This document shows positions 38,701 through 51,869 of a stretch of DNA of 64,000 nucleotides, piece by piece. The DNA is from Podarcis gaigeae (lineage: Eukaryota). Positions within the stretch are counted from its first letter, which is position 1, and every line of letters begins with the position of its first letter. The position numbers were made by a program, and so were the translations under genes. The DNA lies in the NCBI GenBank assembly GCA_964106915.2, contig OZ066920.1; one strand, given 5' to 3'. A model generated the notes under the pieces. That model worked only from the letters and a program-made list of their open reading frames with translations. It searched no databases and was not told the origin of the DNA.

Positions 38701-39512
38701 CACCTAAGTCCTTATGCTTCTGTTCTGAGAAGCATTTTAACTGCTAGATGATGGCCTGGCCCAACTATTTTTTAGATAATTCATTTTTGCAGCAAATACA
38801 CTTCAAGGTCCTGAACCACTATCTAGTGCAGAGTCAAGACAGACCCTTAAAATAATAGAGGGTATCCATTTATCCTTTAGGTAACAAAAATTGGGTGTGT
38901 GTGTGTGGTCTTTCCCATTATATGGAGGATCAGAGGAGATGACATTTGCAACTCTCCCTTCTTGCCTGTTAACTGAAGTGCTGGAAAGAGGCTGTTTTGT
39001 TTCTGATTTTTTTTATTGTAATTACTTAATCTTCTAGGCTAAGGCCAGAAATAGTTATGCAGTGGAATATTTCTGCCTTCTGCTGCTCATCTATCAAACA
39101 CCCTCTCATAACTAATCCTTTTGATCACAAGAATCTTCTCTTCTAAATCCGTTATTTAATCTTTGTTGCCAGTGGGAAATCAACAATGGCTGAGTTGGTG
39201 CTGGAGCGGGTGGGGAAGTAGTTAATTTTATTTACAGGCGAAAAGAGCTGCGTTGTATAGAGCTATTGAATTGTGTAAAAGATGTGATCTGGATGAGATA
39301 AGTTTGTGATTTCAATGTCATGCTTTCCCATTTTTCATTAGTTTTTTTTTAAAAAAATGATCATAAAAAAATTAAAAAATGGATCAGTGTTGCTTCAAAA
39401 TTAATATGTACAAAACTTTTCCTTAGATCTGGTGCATAGGTCTAGGTTTCTTAGGTCTAGAACTAGGGTAGTTTATGACATTGATCCAAATAATAATAGA
39501 GAAAATACTTTG

Positions 39513-39960
39513 GTTGCAAACTGCAGTTTTCTTTGGCTATTGTAGTCATTCCCCATATCAATAACAAAGATCATGCTCTGTGAAATTCTATATTCCTTGC
39601 TTAGGTGTTATTTAATGTAGGATTTTTAGATGGTAGCATGAAAAGGTGTGTTGTTGTTTTGTAGGGCTGACAGTGTTTTCTAACATTAAAGTTGACCAAT
39701 GCTGTTTTCAGAGAGCTCTTGAACAAGATGTTGCGCATTGATGTTCCAAAATGGTCAAATAATGCCAGAAGAATAGTTGTTTCTGAGTGGCCTGTTAGTT
39801 TATGACAAAGCTATTTGTATCCAAGTGTGTCTGCCTAGTTTCTTGGGGTAGCTTGGTATGAAATCCCCAACAGTTTAGTAATGAGAACGGGGTACATAAC
39901 TCAGCAGTGCTTTGGAACGGAGAATGACTACAGCAGCCAAAGAAAACTGCAGTTTGCAAC
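39513..39960. repeat. 42-bp inverted repeat pair (39513-39554 and 39919-39960)
   Basis: GTTGCAAACTGCAGTTTTCTTTGGCT..TGTAGTCATTC.CC and its reverse complement; 3 mismatches. Confidence 0.9.
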
Positions 39961-41092
39961 AAGATGAAGAAACAGCCCATTTGCCACTTTTGTGGAATTG
40001 CTCACTAAAATGCCTTCCTTTTTAAGGGAAAGTGACCTTGTCTGCAAGTTAAAGGCTAAAATGTATGAGGATGCATATTGCTATGCCCACCCTGGTTCGC
40101 CAAGAAGTGAGAAGTTCCAGGGGCACAGCGCTTAACCCTGGTTCAGTTTTCCCTTTGAAGGAGGTTACTGGACGTTTATGGCACTTTTAAATATTTGAGC
40201 TTATTTACAGACTTAGAATAAGTGGAGGAACAGTTTAACCTTCCAACAGGCAGCCATATCCACTGCCCAACATCAGATCTGCGGGTGGGAAAGAAGGCTC
40301 TTTCTCTGGGTTGCAGAGCCCAGGAAGTCAACTCTGTGTCGTACTTGAAAGCTGTGGTCTGTTCCTTTGCTTCCTTTCACAAACACTTAAATTGCATTGT
40401 CCTTAATGGGGTGGGGTAAGTCCGGTTAACCCACATTCAGAAGACTTAAGTGAGGTCATGCTATAGAAAAAAATCTCCCTGTCAAAATATATATATATAC
40501 CTGGCAACATTGTCGTGGAGTATCAAAGAACATTTGCAATGAGTCTGCACCCACTAATTCTCTCCTATCTAAGCTAACATGGTGAGCAAATGGTCTCTGA
40601 AAATTCCCCACTCAATTTGCAAGAAGAAAAATGAGGGTTATAATTTCAACGAATTTCTCTGGGGGAAGGGTAAATTCTCAACAGTTTCTCAAGGGTAGAG
40701 CACAGCTTCTCTCTTCCCTGGTTGTTTTTGGTTTTGCAGCTGGCGCAAGGCCCCAAATTTGTTGACCCAAAAGTTGGTGAGCTTTTTTTCCTCTCCCCAA
40801 AAACACCCCCCCAAAAAACACGTGTTTTTTTTATTGACTTGCATAAGATCCAGGACAAAGTGCCTGGATTCCCCTGGGTCAATTCCACCTTTGAAATCAC
40901 AGTAATTTCTGGGGAAATCTGGACATTTGGCAGCCCTAGGGTATGGGGATGGCAACCACCCCACTACCAATGGTGAATATTTAGAGAATTCCTGAAAAGT
41001 AGCCTTCTTCCAGGGAGGTGAGAGAAAGGAAACTGCTTTGAGGTTGTTATTGGTTTTACAATGAAGCACTGTATAATTTTAATGAAATAAAC

Positions 41093-41229
41093 TAGGCATC
41101 CCCAAACCCAGCCCTCCAGATTTTTTTGGGACTACAATTCCCATCATCCCTGACCACTGGTCCTGTTAGCTAGGGATGATGGGAGTTGTAGTTCCAAAAC
41201 ATCGAGAGGGCCGAGTTTGGGGGTACCTG
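41093..41229. mobile_element. Palindromic hAT MITE (URR1-like)
   Basis: GACTACAATTCCCATCATCCC arms; 8-bp TSD aaataaac. Confidence 0.88.
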
Positions 41230-42802
41230 AAATAAACAAACATACAAACAAAAATCATACATTCTCTCTAAAGCGAAATCATGAGAAACAACACTATTAA
41301 AGACAGAAAACTCTATAGACAGCAGACCTTCAGGGTATATCTGTTGAGATCAGTATCACTGAAATAAATATGTCAGTGACACTGAATGTTGAAATAGGGA
41401 ACTAAAACTATTACAGCCTGCTATATCCTGAACTTTACAAATACCACTGTATCCTCGAAGGCTGGTCAGTTGCTAGTCTTTTCCACTCATATTAATGGAA
41501 AACTAAAAAATATATTTCAATAGGCCTGCAGATTTATTCTGCAAGCAGTTCCACTTCTTACGTAGGCAGCATGCCCAACAATCTTTAGGATACTAAAGAC
41601 CTGACCCCTCCAGAAATTGGATTTTGTGTGTGTGTGTGTTTGTGTGCTTTGCTAGAGATCTGTGAATTCTCATAGGAAGCTATAGCTCTTTCCCCAAGTT
41701 CTTCAGGAAGAAGGATTGATGCTTAAACCATTCTAGAATTTGTAGCTCCATGAGGGGAATAGGGGTCTCCTAACAATGTCCAGCACCCATAACAAATTGC
41801 TGTTCCAATGATCCTTTGGCAGACGCCATGACTATTTAAAGTGGCCTCAGTGTGTCATCAGAACCCAGACTCATGGTTTGTTTGTGTTTTGGAAATTTCA
41901 GTTCCAGGATTGCTGGCATATCTGTGTGTGACTTAACAGGTTGACACAAGTGGGGGAACTTACAATTTTCCATATGAGAATAATGTGCAGGTTTTTTTTC
42001 CTCTCATTGAAAAGCCCCCCGAGTCTGATAGTGAATCTACAATAGGCAGTAGAAATACTTTTACCAGCAGACATGGAGTCTTCAGTTACAAAGAAGGGTT
42101 CCGTATTTCTGATCATTGTGTAATTAGTTGCAGCCATTATTCTTAGTTTAGAATCCATTATATTGGTGTTTAATTAGATCTAATGGGAAGTGTTTTCCAT
42201 AAAGGAAAACAATGATTTGTAATATCTTGCTTATGTGGTAAAATTTATTATAAGGTTGTTAACAACATTTCAAACAATACGGTGCAAGTAAAGGGTTAGC
42301 TGTGAACCAAAGTGACTTTTGTTCTTTCCTGGAGGGAAATGTTAGAAGGATGCATTGTTTTATCAAAGGCAGACTAGCAGGCTGCAAAGTGTCAGTTAAA
42401 CTGTCACTGTAGCCTATTGTCAACAAGGGGTGGCTATGCTTGGGGCAGTTGCGGGTTTTATATTCAGAATCAAAGGCATCAAGGGGGTGTTTGGTTTTGA
42501 TTGGTCATTTAATGGATGTTCTGCCTCATCCTATTGGCTCAAAATTATTATAGGCAAATAAGAGGGTGGATTGTCACCATAGCTGCAGTCCTGAGAGGAA
42601 GTGAAGACCAAGTTGAAGACGATGTGTAATTTCCTCTGGAGTGTAGTGAGATCTGTGCTAACTGGGGAAACAAAGTGACACAGTAATTGGCAAGGTATTG
42701 GTTAGAGAATGGAACTATAACCTCCTGAAAGCGACAATAACCAGTGCTATTTGAAGTGAAACCACAAACCTTATGCGTAAACAAAGGTTGCACTCTATTA
42801 AC

Positions 42803-43039
42803 ACCTCTAGTTACAAACTTAATTCATTCCGGAGGTCTGTTCTTAACCTGAAACCGTTCTTAACTTGAGGCGCGCTTTTGCCAATGGGGCCTCTTGCTGC
42901 TGCTGCTGCGCCGCCGACACATGATTTCCATTCTCATCCTGGGGCAAAGTTCTCAACTCGAGGTAACTCTTCCAGGTTAGCAGAGATTGTAACCTGAAGC
43001 ATTTGCAACCTGAGGTGTTTGTAACTCGAGGTACCACTG
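42803..43039. mobile_element. Tigger-like MITE with eroded left TIR
   Basis: ends GAGGTACCACTG-TA; body matches the 2892 family. Confidence 0.85.
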
Positions 43040-43152
43040 TATTGCGAAAAAAGCTTCAATAACTGAATAATGCCTCCTTTATAACTCAGATGCTCTGTGG
43101 TCCATTTTGCCTGTTTTGTCCCTTGTTATAGCTACTGAAAGATGAACTGGTA

Positions 43153-43291
43153 CAGTCATACCTCATGTTACGTCCGCTTCATGTTACGTTCTTTCAGGAT
43201 ACGTCCTGCGGTGACCCGGAAGTACCAGAAAGGATTACTTCCGGGTTTCGCCGTTTGCGCATGCGCAGACGCGCACAATGAGGTACTACTG
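43153..43291. mobile_element. Tigger-like MITE (short)
   Basis: CAGTCATACCTCAT...ATGAGGTACTACTG; TA flanks. Confidence 0.8.
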
Positions 43292-43383
43292 TATAGGAAA
43301 ACAAAATGGTTTTGAGTTATTTGTTGGTAGTGAAGACAAAGTGAAAAAAGAGGGTCAAAGGGTTTAAAAAGTGGCTGAATACC

Positions 43384-43436
43384 AATAAAATAAAATAAAA
43401 TAAAATAAAATAAAATAAAATAAAATAAAATAAAAT
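43384..43436. repeat. (TAAAA)n microsatellite
   Basis: direct reading. Confidence 0.95.
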
Positions 43437-44516
43437 GCCAATCTAAGGGGGCGGGACCTTCTAGGCCATAAAGGGAATCGGTAGCTGCGGGGTGGGGGGC
43501 ATGTGTTAACAAAAACCAGGCCTGAGCTGCCATAATCTGAAAGAATATCTCTCTTTTGTGGGCTATAACTCTGGTCCATTATGTTGACCAGCTGTTTGAT
43601 GCTGACATGATGTCCCACCCAAATAGAGGACAGCCTGTTGACCCAACTTAGCAGAATGGCAACACAAGCTGTAAGACTCTTGGTGTTCCATACTTGCACT
43701 CCTCCCAGAAGTGGCAGGAAGGTGCAGGAACATTTGGGCCTAATTTTTCCTATTGAAATCAATGGGACATTTCAGTTAAAAAAACCAACAACAAAAACCA
43801 CAGAGCTTTCCCCTAAAATGTTAAGCTGATACATTTTGTTATTGTCTTTCTTCACTTTATCATGACTGACAGCTTTACCATCTTTATCTAGTAACTGGCT
43901 CACTGGAATAACTTTTATTTCCTCTCGATATGCCTAAACATTTCTTATCTCTGCTGGCCACAGATGTCTCACTGATATTTTTAGCTCTTCTTATCAGTTG
44001 TCTGGCAGGTAGGAAGTGCAATTTTTACCCAATTTTATCATACATTTTATCTCTCTCCCTTTGTAGTAGTATTTATAGGTTACTTAGCTATTTTGTTTCT
44101 TAGTCAGTGTGAATAAAAGCACCAAGGTTTTTTAAACCTCAGTTTAATTATCCTGAGGGAAAATTCACAGCCCTGCAGAGGAGCTGAAAGCTTCCAGATG
44201 CTGTTACATGCACCTTGATTTGCCACATTTCCCACCAGAAATTGTTCTTGTTCTTGGTTGCATAACAATCCCAGCTGATATATTATTCCCTGCAACTTTA
44301 CAGGAAGTATCTACTAGTATAATAGCCTATAACTCCGGAAGCAAGATAGGGATATGCCAAAATAAGGGAAATAGAGGAGGAGAGATTAAGTTAGAATTGG
44401 AATCCCAGGGAGCGGGGAAGTGAACCAAGAGGTGATTTCCCCCCCTCTTCATGGTATGCACCCCTCCCTATCTATATAGCAACAAATGCCCATGTTCAGA
44501 TCCTTTGCAAGCCCCA

Positions 44517-44882
44517 TGAAATATACTCAGAGTCAAGAGTGGATTTCATGCTCTTTATTCAGCTCATAGTGCTAAGGAGGAATGAAAGTCCCCTCAAAGT
44601 ATCTGCTTTATATACATTATTTACACAATGGGCTGCACGTGATTGGCTAATTCTGGAATTCTCCTGTAGGCCAATCAGGTTGGGGATTCACTTCCATCTG
44701 GAGCTGGATTGGGTGGCTCCTGCAGACCAATCATACTGCTGCATTGTTCTAGGACCAATCAGACTGCTGCATTCTGAATCCTATTGTTCTAGGACCAATC
44801 AGACTGCTGCATTTTGGATCCTATTGTTCTAGGACCAATCAGACTGCTGCATTTTGGATCCTATTCACCTTAGTACATAACA
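44517..44882 (-). mobile_element. Solo LTR (366 bp), same family as 37742
   Basis: TG...CA ends; 5-bp TSD cccca; expanded 40-bp CCAAT repeat. Confidence 0.9.
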
Positions 44883-47052
44883 CCCCAGTTCCAGACTCAA
44901 GTCCTAAACAGAAGCACTCCTATCAGGGGTTTGGAATACAGCGACTGTGAAATTTTGTTACAGGTTCCCACTTGTTTCTTTATACTCCAGCTCCTCGCAG
45001 CTCCAGCTCTGGACAGCCAGACAGCAACTTCAACCCCCCTGTTTTCAACTTAAATCTCCCTTCCTGTCTTGCTGCTTCACAGACTTCTCATGACTGATAA
45101 ATGCTATCTCTCCGCAAATGAAAACGAAGTACAGCCTCCCTATTTTACCTGCGCAATTTACTGTTGTGAGCATGCCTCTTCATTGGAGAAAGGGATGCCC
45201 TGAGCAGTGATTCATCCAGAAGGGCAGTGGGCAGCCTCCACTGGGTAATTCTGCCTCATTGGAAGTGACAGAATGTATCAGAACTTACCCTGTTGAGGTC
45301 ATTTTGGAGAAGGCAAGGCAAGAGCAGTTAAGAGTCACAAAGACACAACAGGCAGCCTTCCTTGTGGGTGGATTCTTTGGGCTCACTGTACCCATTTAAG
45401 CAATTAAATGTATTATCACAGCACCTTTCTCTTACTGCACACCAGCATGAATACTTGGGAATGAATGTTGTATCCACACTACAGACGTTCTGTGCCACTA
45501 AAAATATTAAGAACTGAGATCTGACGAGGCGACAAGAATTCTGCAGATTCCTAGACCAAAAGCAACTTACAACCAAACAAATAGACAATAAACACTGTGA
45601 TCCAGATTCAAAGTGTTGCTAGATATCTGGTATTCCAAACCTTCAGGAATGGCCTCCAGCACAGTACAATAAGCTCTAGTCACCAGGGGTTTACAGAGTT
45701 GTGAATATGGAGGTCTTGTCATGTTTGTGCCTTATATAACCAACATGTTTAAGTCTAATTGTTGCATGAAAGGGGTTAAGACCATAAAGTAAGTTGCCCC
45801 GTCAGGCTTACCTCACCTTGGAAGGAACTACTGATTTCTCCCAGTCTACCTGAGAAGCTCAGTGTATAAAGACGTCTGAGCTGATTGCTCCAAGCTCAGA
45901 CTGCATGGCTCTAACAAGCCTCCCTTTTAGTTCCTATACCAATAATTTAGGAACATTCACCACTGTAACTAAGCCAAGTTTCACTGCTCGTGCAACCTTT
46001 TCTGGATGTTCTATGGAAAGCATGAATCTGGCCTTTGGAGAGTAAGTAAACCATTTTAACATACCAAACATAGTCCTTTTTCTATGCCAGGGGAATAAAA
46101 TGTAGAAGGAGATATTTTTGAGGGCTAACAGCCTATATTTCCATGCTTTACTTTGCTGCATATGTCGTGATTTTAAATCTCTGGTGGAGTACTCACACCA
46201 GAGTACTTGCTCCAAACCTGGATCTTGGCATCCAGGGAATTTTCCTTTATATACTGTACATACTTTTTCCTTACCACCAGCAATGCACTCAGAAGTACTT
46301 ATACACACTGAACAAATCCCAGGTAAACTGGGTTCCTAGTTCTGTGGCTTAGGAACTAGATGTCAGAATCAAAACCCTTGGCTAGATCAATTTAGCCATG
46401 TAGTTTTAGTGCCTTGTGGTTTTAGTACAGTTGTTGCCTGACTAGCTGTGATGACAGTTCCTGGCAAGCCTACATAGGCTTGCATTAGAGCTTTTCAGAT
46501 GGTGGCCTATTACTTTAGCTTTAGGCTGTTCTTGGGGTTTTGCTTGTTCTTTATTCCTCCGTCACTTTAGAATCCTGCCTCTTTGCTTGCTTAGCCCTTC
46601 TTGGAGATTTGAAATGGTTGTCAGGACTACTGCTTGACTTGCTTGCATGTTGAATTTTCTTGTAATGGTTTGGGAACCCACACTGTTTTGGGGTTTCCTT
46701 CTGGAGTGCACTCCAGCCATTGGTTTTCAGGACAAGTTTGTCAGTGTTCCCCTGAGACTTGAAGAAATATTAATTAAGAGCCAGAAGAATTTTAAATAAC
46801 ATTGGGAGTAGCGTAATACAGTATAAGCTTGCAGTTCTTTGAATTGCAGTAACTGCTCAATATTGTTACCAGCGTTGCTTTAAAATTTTGCCACAACTCT
46901 AGCTCCATTTAGCTTCTCTGAGTCATTTCATATGCTACCTCGATGGCAGGTACAGCAACAATGCGAGAGACAGAAAGGTAAATATAGCAGCTATTAGAAA
47001 TGAAGAATATGTGAGCTGACATAAACAATCCCATTTGTTTGTTTCTCCACAG

Positions 47053-47133
47053 ACAAAAAGGAAGTGAAGGTGGGAGAATATAATGCTATACTTGATTCAC
47101 TGGAAATGATTAACAACACCATCAAATTCCACG
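47053..47133 (+). CDS. GABBR2: GABBR2 exon (probable exon 9; [27 protein letters not shown], phase 1-1)
   Basis: ctccacAG / GTaagg; 81 nt; in frame with both neighbours; resembles human [27 protein letters not shown]. Confidence 0.95.
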
Positions 47134-47729
47134 GTAAGGCAGGAATATTGAAGAGAGCGAAGGAATGATACCCTAGCTTTCTGTATAATTTTTATGTCAC
47201 ATGGAATGCAGCAAACAGAAATGTTTCACTACTGCCACAGAGTAAAACTGGCTCAATAATGTAGTATTTAGACTGTGCCGCTTCAGACTGCAGGTTAGTA
47301 TGCGTGGAATATTTTGTAATGATCCCACATTTAAAGGAAAAGTTCTTTAGTACATCAGGCATAGGCCTCCCCACGAGAGAGAGGCATGCTGGGAGCTTCT
47401 TATGTAGAGGAACATTCAAATTTATGGCATCTATAGGCTGAAGTGGTACAGTCCGGAATCTACCACCCCATTCTGTGCAACCAGCAAACCAGCCCTTAGG
47501 TACTTTCAGAGAATCCAGTCCAATAGACGCTGAGTAAATCCATATCTGTGCGTAGCACTTGTGCTTAGGTTCAAAATCCTTATCACAAAACTATTACTCT
47601 TGCAAAATATGCATTCACCAGACTCCCAGCTCCGCCCCCCCACTCTCATCTCCCCCCACTGCGGGGGGGGGCCTAGTTTTAATCAGCTGTAAAGGGAAGC
47701 ATCAAGGGGGCATGATGTTAGGTGTATAC

Positions 47730-47865
47730 CAGGCTTCCTCTACCTCGGCCCTCCAGATGTTTTTGGCCTATAACTCCCATGATCCCTAGCTAGCAGGACC
47801 AGTGGGCAGGGATGATGGGAATTGTAGTTCCAAAACATCTGGAGGGCCGAGGCTGAGGAAGCCTG
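47730..47865. mobile_element. Palindromic hAT MITE (URR1-like)
   Basis: CAGGCTTCCTC...GAGGAAGCCTG; 8-bp TSD gtgtatac. Confidence 0.9.
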
Positions 47866-48551
47866 GTGTATACTCACAAGCTCATTTATATTAAACACTC
47901 AGCATTTAAAAGAGTTCACTTACATTATCTTGCTGGTTATATCCTGGTTATGATGTACAAAGCCCTATACAGCTTGGGTCCAGGCTGACTGAAGGACCTG
48001 CCCGACTTTGAGCTCAGCCCCACCACACGACACAGGTATGTTTGGTGAGGTCTGTGGAACTCCCTTCCACAGGGGAGGCAGGTCTGGCCGCCTCTGCTTT
48101 CCTTCCTTGTTCAGACAAACCCGGGGGTCACTCGTCTGTTGGGGCAGAGTTTCCTGAAAGTAAGTGTTTGTGCTCTCCGCTCCTTTTTAAACAGTTTTTG
48201 TTGTTTTCCGTGTTGGTTTCAGTGGGAGTTACTTGTCTCATTCTTAATTATTTATATCAATTGTGTGTGTTTTAGGCTGTGTTTGTTTTAATTCATTCTA
48301 TGAGCTGCCTTGGGTCCTGGCTGGGAGAAAGGTGGGATGTAGACAGAAAAAAATATATAGCAATATTTAAAGGGTTGCCCCACATGGGGTAGGTGTATGT
48401 TAACATTTTACCCATCCACCCACGTTTCAGATGGAAAAAATTTAAACCAAAAAAATAGTGGGTTGCCTATGTCACACTTGAGTCCATGGCAGAGAGCAGA
48501 TTTGAACTGGTGCCCTCCTAGTTCACAGGAAAGCATTTTAGCCACTAACAC

Positions 48552-49022
48552 CATAGCTGTCAACTTACAGATTTGAAAATAAGGGACCAGCAGCCTCGAA
48601 AATAAAAGATCAGCAGCCAAAATAAGGGATTTTAGTCAGCCAGCAGCCAAACGAAGCCTCAAGTGGTGGTTCCCACAGCGCAGCAACCCGGCAAAGGGGA
48701 TGCAGCAAGGAAAACCACCGTCACTTCTCCACTGGGAAGCGCTGAGCAAAGGCGAGTCCCCAGGCAATGCAGCCGATTTGATTGGCACAAGGCATGCAAG
48801 CTCCACCCCCCAGTCATTCTTAGACTCCTTATTGGGTGAGCAATGCAGCCAAGCAACACAGTTGGAGCCTCCCTTCTCCCTGGCCGGCAGGGAGGGAGGG
48901 AGAGGAGCTGCTTCCTTTGAAACCCAGGAAATTTACGGGACATCATCAATCCAGGACAGCAGCGGGAAACGGCGCTAGGATATGGGAGTTTCCCACCAAA
49001 TAAGGGACGGTTGACAGCTATA
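48552..49022. mobile_element. Non-autonomous hAT element
   Basis: TIR CATAGCTGTCAAC / GTTGACAGCTATA; 8-bp TSD actaacac. Confidence 0.9.
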
Positions 49023-49278
49023 ACTAACACCAGCCTGTGAGAGAAGGCTCCTGTGTGGTTCCTGATGGTTGCACAGAAACTAGATTGTGTGCAGCTTCTT
49101 CTGCTATAGCAGCACTATGGGAGGAGCAGTACTGCCATAACCTCTTTCCTATTTAAATACTAATGATGCGTCAGGCATTGAAATTTGTCCTTTGAGGGTC
49201 CGGCCCTACCATGCAAAAATGGTGTACAGCTTTCGCTGTCATTTCATCCATGCTATCTACTATTTCCTTAGACTAAAT

Positions 49279-49557
49279 CAGGCACATCCAACAGGTAGAT
49301 CGTGAGCTCCCGGTAGATCACTGAATGTCTGCGGTAGATCACTGGTAGATCACTGGCTCCCCAAAGAAGCTCAACAAGTCTGTCTCCCCAAAGAAAAGCT
49401 CAACATCTTTGCCCTGAACTCCTAAAAAACTGGGCTTTCCTCCTCCCCAAAAATACCTCAAACAATTGGACCTGAACCCCTCAAAACAGGGGGTAGAACA
49501 CTACCATTTTTAAACTCTGTGAGTAGATCACAGTCTCTTGGGAGTTGGCCACCCCTG
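49279..49557. mobile_element. hAT (Charlie-like) MITE
   Basis: CAGG...CCTG ends; GGTAGATC subrepeats; TSD gactaaat. Confidence 0.88.
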
Positions 49558-50070
49558 GACTAAATAAAGTAATCATTTGAACCATGACTTTTACCGAGTA
49601 AGGTTTTTATTTAAAAGCCATGGCAGTTGTCATTCTCTGGAATAATTTAAAAAATGAAATACATATATGTCCGCAAGCAACCGAGAATATTTAGGTCATT
49701 TCTCAGTGGTTGAGCACATACATGTATTTCGTATATTTCCCATGTTCCGCCTCTAGGAACTAGAAGGAACTAGTTCCTTCTCTAGTTGAAGGATTCGAGG
49801 TGGTGATACTCCTGCTGTCCTGCTGAGCTGTATCTTTTCTGCACATAAGTAATGTGGAGCAGAATATGTGTTGCTATACTTCATATTGTTTTGTAAAGCC
49901 TGCAAGTACATCACTTTGGTAGATAAAGGTAACTTTAAAGGACCTCAGTAAAATTAATTTATAGAAATCAAATGGCAATAGGGTTTGGTTTTGCTGTTGT
50001 TATTATTGGCTTTGGTTTATTTGTCACAAGGGTATAATGTTGACTCTTTCTTTTCTTGCCGACATTTCAG

Positions 50071-50221
50071 GGAAAGAACCACCTAAGGACAGAACAATCA
50101 TCCAAAAGCAACTTCGCAAGATCTCCCTGCCTCTTTACAGTATTCTTTCAGCACTCACGATCCTGGGAATGATAATGGCCAGTGCTTTTTTGTTCTTTAA
50201 CATCAAAAACCGGAATCAGAA
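50071..50221 (+). CDS. GABBR2: GABBR2 exon (probable exon 10; linker plus TM1, [11 protein letters not shown]...[10 protein letters not shown])
   Basis: atttcAG / GTaagc; 151 nt; ORF 50037-50225 contains [34 protein letters not shown]. Confidence 0.97.
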
Positions 50222-51425
50222 GTAAGCAGCTACATATTGCCCTGTTCCTTTCCCCCTCTCCATTGTCTCTCTTGTGAGTCCTTTTAATTAGGACAATTGT
50301 CATTAAGAGATCACGTGGTCGGTATTTACAAAGTTAACTGGAATGATCCATTCAAAGTTACTCACTACTTAAGACTGCAGTATATTGCATTTCCAGGGGA
50401 GGCTGTCTAACTGAACTCTGCGGGACTTACTTTCAAGTAAACATGCAGTTGATCGGAGTGGGTGTCTTTTTTATTTCAGAGGAAGAACTAAGCACATACT
50501 TAAATCTCTTCCTACAAAACTGATGTATCATAGAAGCGCTTACCTTTGTTTGGATCATGCCCAATTTTATTTTATTTTATTTTAAAAATTCTGCTTAATT
50601 GATGTTACTGTACAATATCTTTGTGTTGGAACGTTTTATTAAATCCTTTTATTCTGTTAGATCAAAATTAGTGTTTTCCACTGTGTATTATTAGCATAAT
50701 CCCCAGTTAATTAAACCACTGTGTAACATAAGGAGTTGCTTTAGTGAAGGAGATCAAAGACATTTAACCATAATAATGCTCATCTAAACTTATTTATAAA
50801 GCAGCACAGAGATTTGCAGATTTCTACAATTCTGCACATAAAGCTGCTTCAGTTATCTTGCCTAAGATGGTTCATTCTTAAGTTTCACCCAGAACAGAGC
50901 CATTCAGGTGTGCTGAAATAGGGCACCCAGCACCTGCAAATCACTTAGGGGCTATCCAGCCCTTGGTATTTTTCTTTTCTGATTTTATTTTGTGTGTGCA
51001 TGGGTCTTTCCATCCACCAACATCATTTTCTTTTTCCAAATTTGTTTCTCATGGGGCATACATTTCAATCTCAGTGTATAAGCCTGAGTTCCCAGTCTAT
51101 GAATGAACATAAAGTCTTCTAAATGAATAATAGAAAACATACACAGTTTTTAGAAACAACTGGTTAATTTTGTTTACATGTGACTGTTTATTTGACATTT
51201 GGTGACTATGGGTTACACATATTCTCATGTTGCTGATATTCAGCTTTAATACAATGTATTTATGTTCATTTTTGTTCTCATTGATCTCCCTTTGGGGGAG
51301 GGTATCTCCTCCACCCTGATTCTGTTTTTGTCCTCCCAGCTTTCTTGTCCCAGGCAGCTATGAAATGAACTACATAAGAGTGTTACAGGACTGGATTTCA
51401 TAGTGGTGGTCATTGTTGCCACATC

Positions 51426-51869
51426 TGTTAGGATCGTTCTACACTCGTGTAGGACCCTGGTAGAGACACATGCCCGACTGGCATGTTCTCTCCCTCCTGG
51501 TCGATCGTTCGGGAGCTTCAAAAGCTTTCTTCAGTCCGAACATCACAGCAACTGATACCAAAAGGCATTAGCACGCTTAGGATCTTACAGAGTATTGGCG
51601 GTTCGCGTAACAGACTCAATAGCTCAGCATGTTGGCTAAACTACGTTTATTTACATATAATACACTCGGAGTATTCTGACTTAGCTCCTTCCTCTTTCTC
51701 ATCAGACAGCAAAGAGAAAAAGAAAAAAGGACAATAGTCCCACTTCACGGAACACAGCAACAAAAAATGTCCTGTCTCCGTCACTTCCCACTCTGTGGAA
51801 TGAAAACATACACCGTCATGTGATAGACAACAATCTCATGACTGCAAACACGGAGCAAGAATCCTAACA
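51426..51869 (-). mobile_element. 3' LTR of a truncated LTR retrotransposon
   Basis: TGTTAGGAT...ATCCTAACA; minus-strand AATAAA at 51646-51651; preceded on the minus strand by purine tract GGGGGAGGA (51870-51878); no TSD. Confidence 0.8.

Noticed and set aside
44725-44860. CRISPR-like regularly spaced repeats
   Set aside because: The spacers are near-identical; this is a tandem 40-bp unit inside a eukaryotic solo LTR, with no cas genes
37742-44882. Full-length 7-kb provirus between two LTRs
   Set aside because: Each LTR has its own distinct TSD, and no gag/pol, PBS or PPT is visible between them
49760-49785. Palindrome AAGGAACTAGTTCCTT and similar small hairpins (28649-28679, 41350-41386)
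   Set aside because: Short and without context; could be chance or MITE remnants
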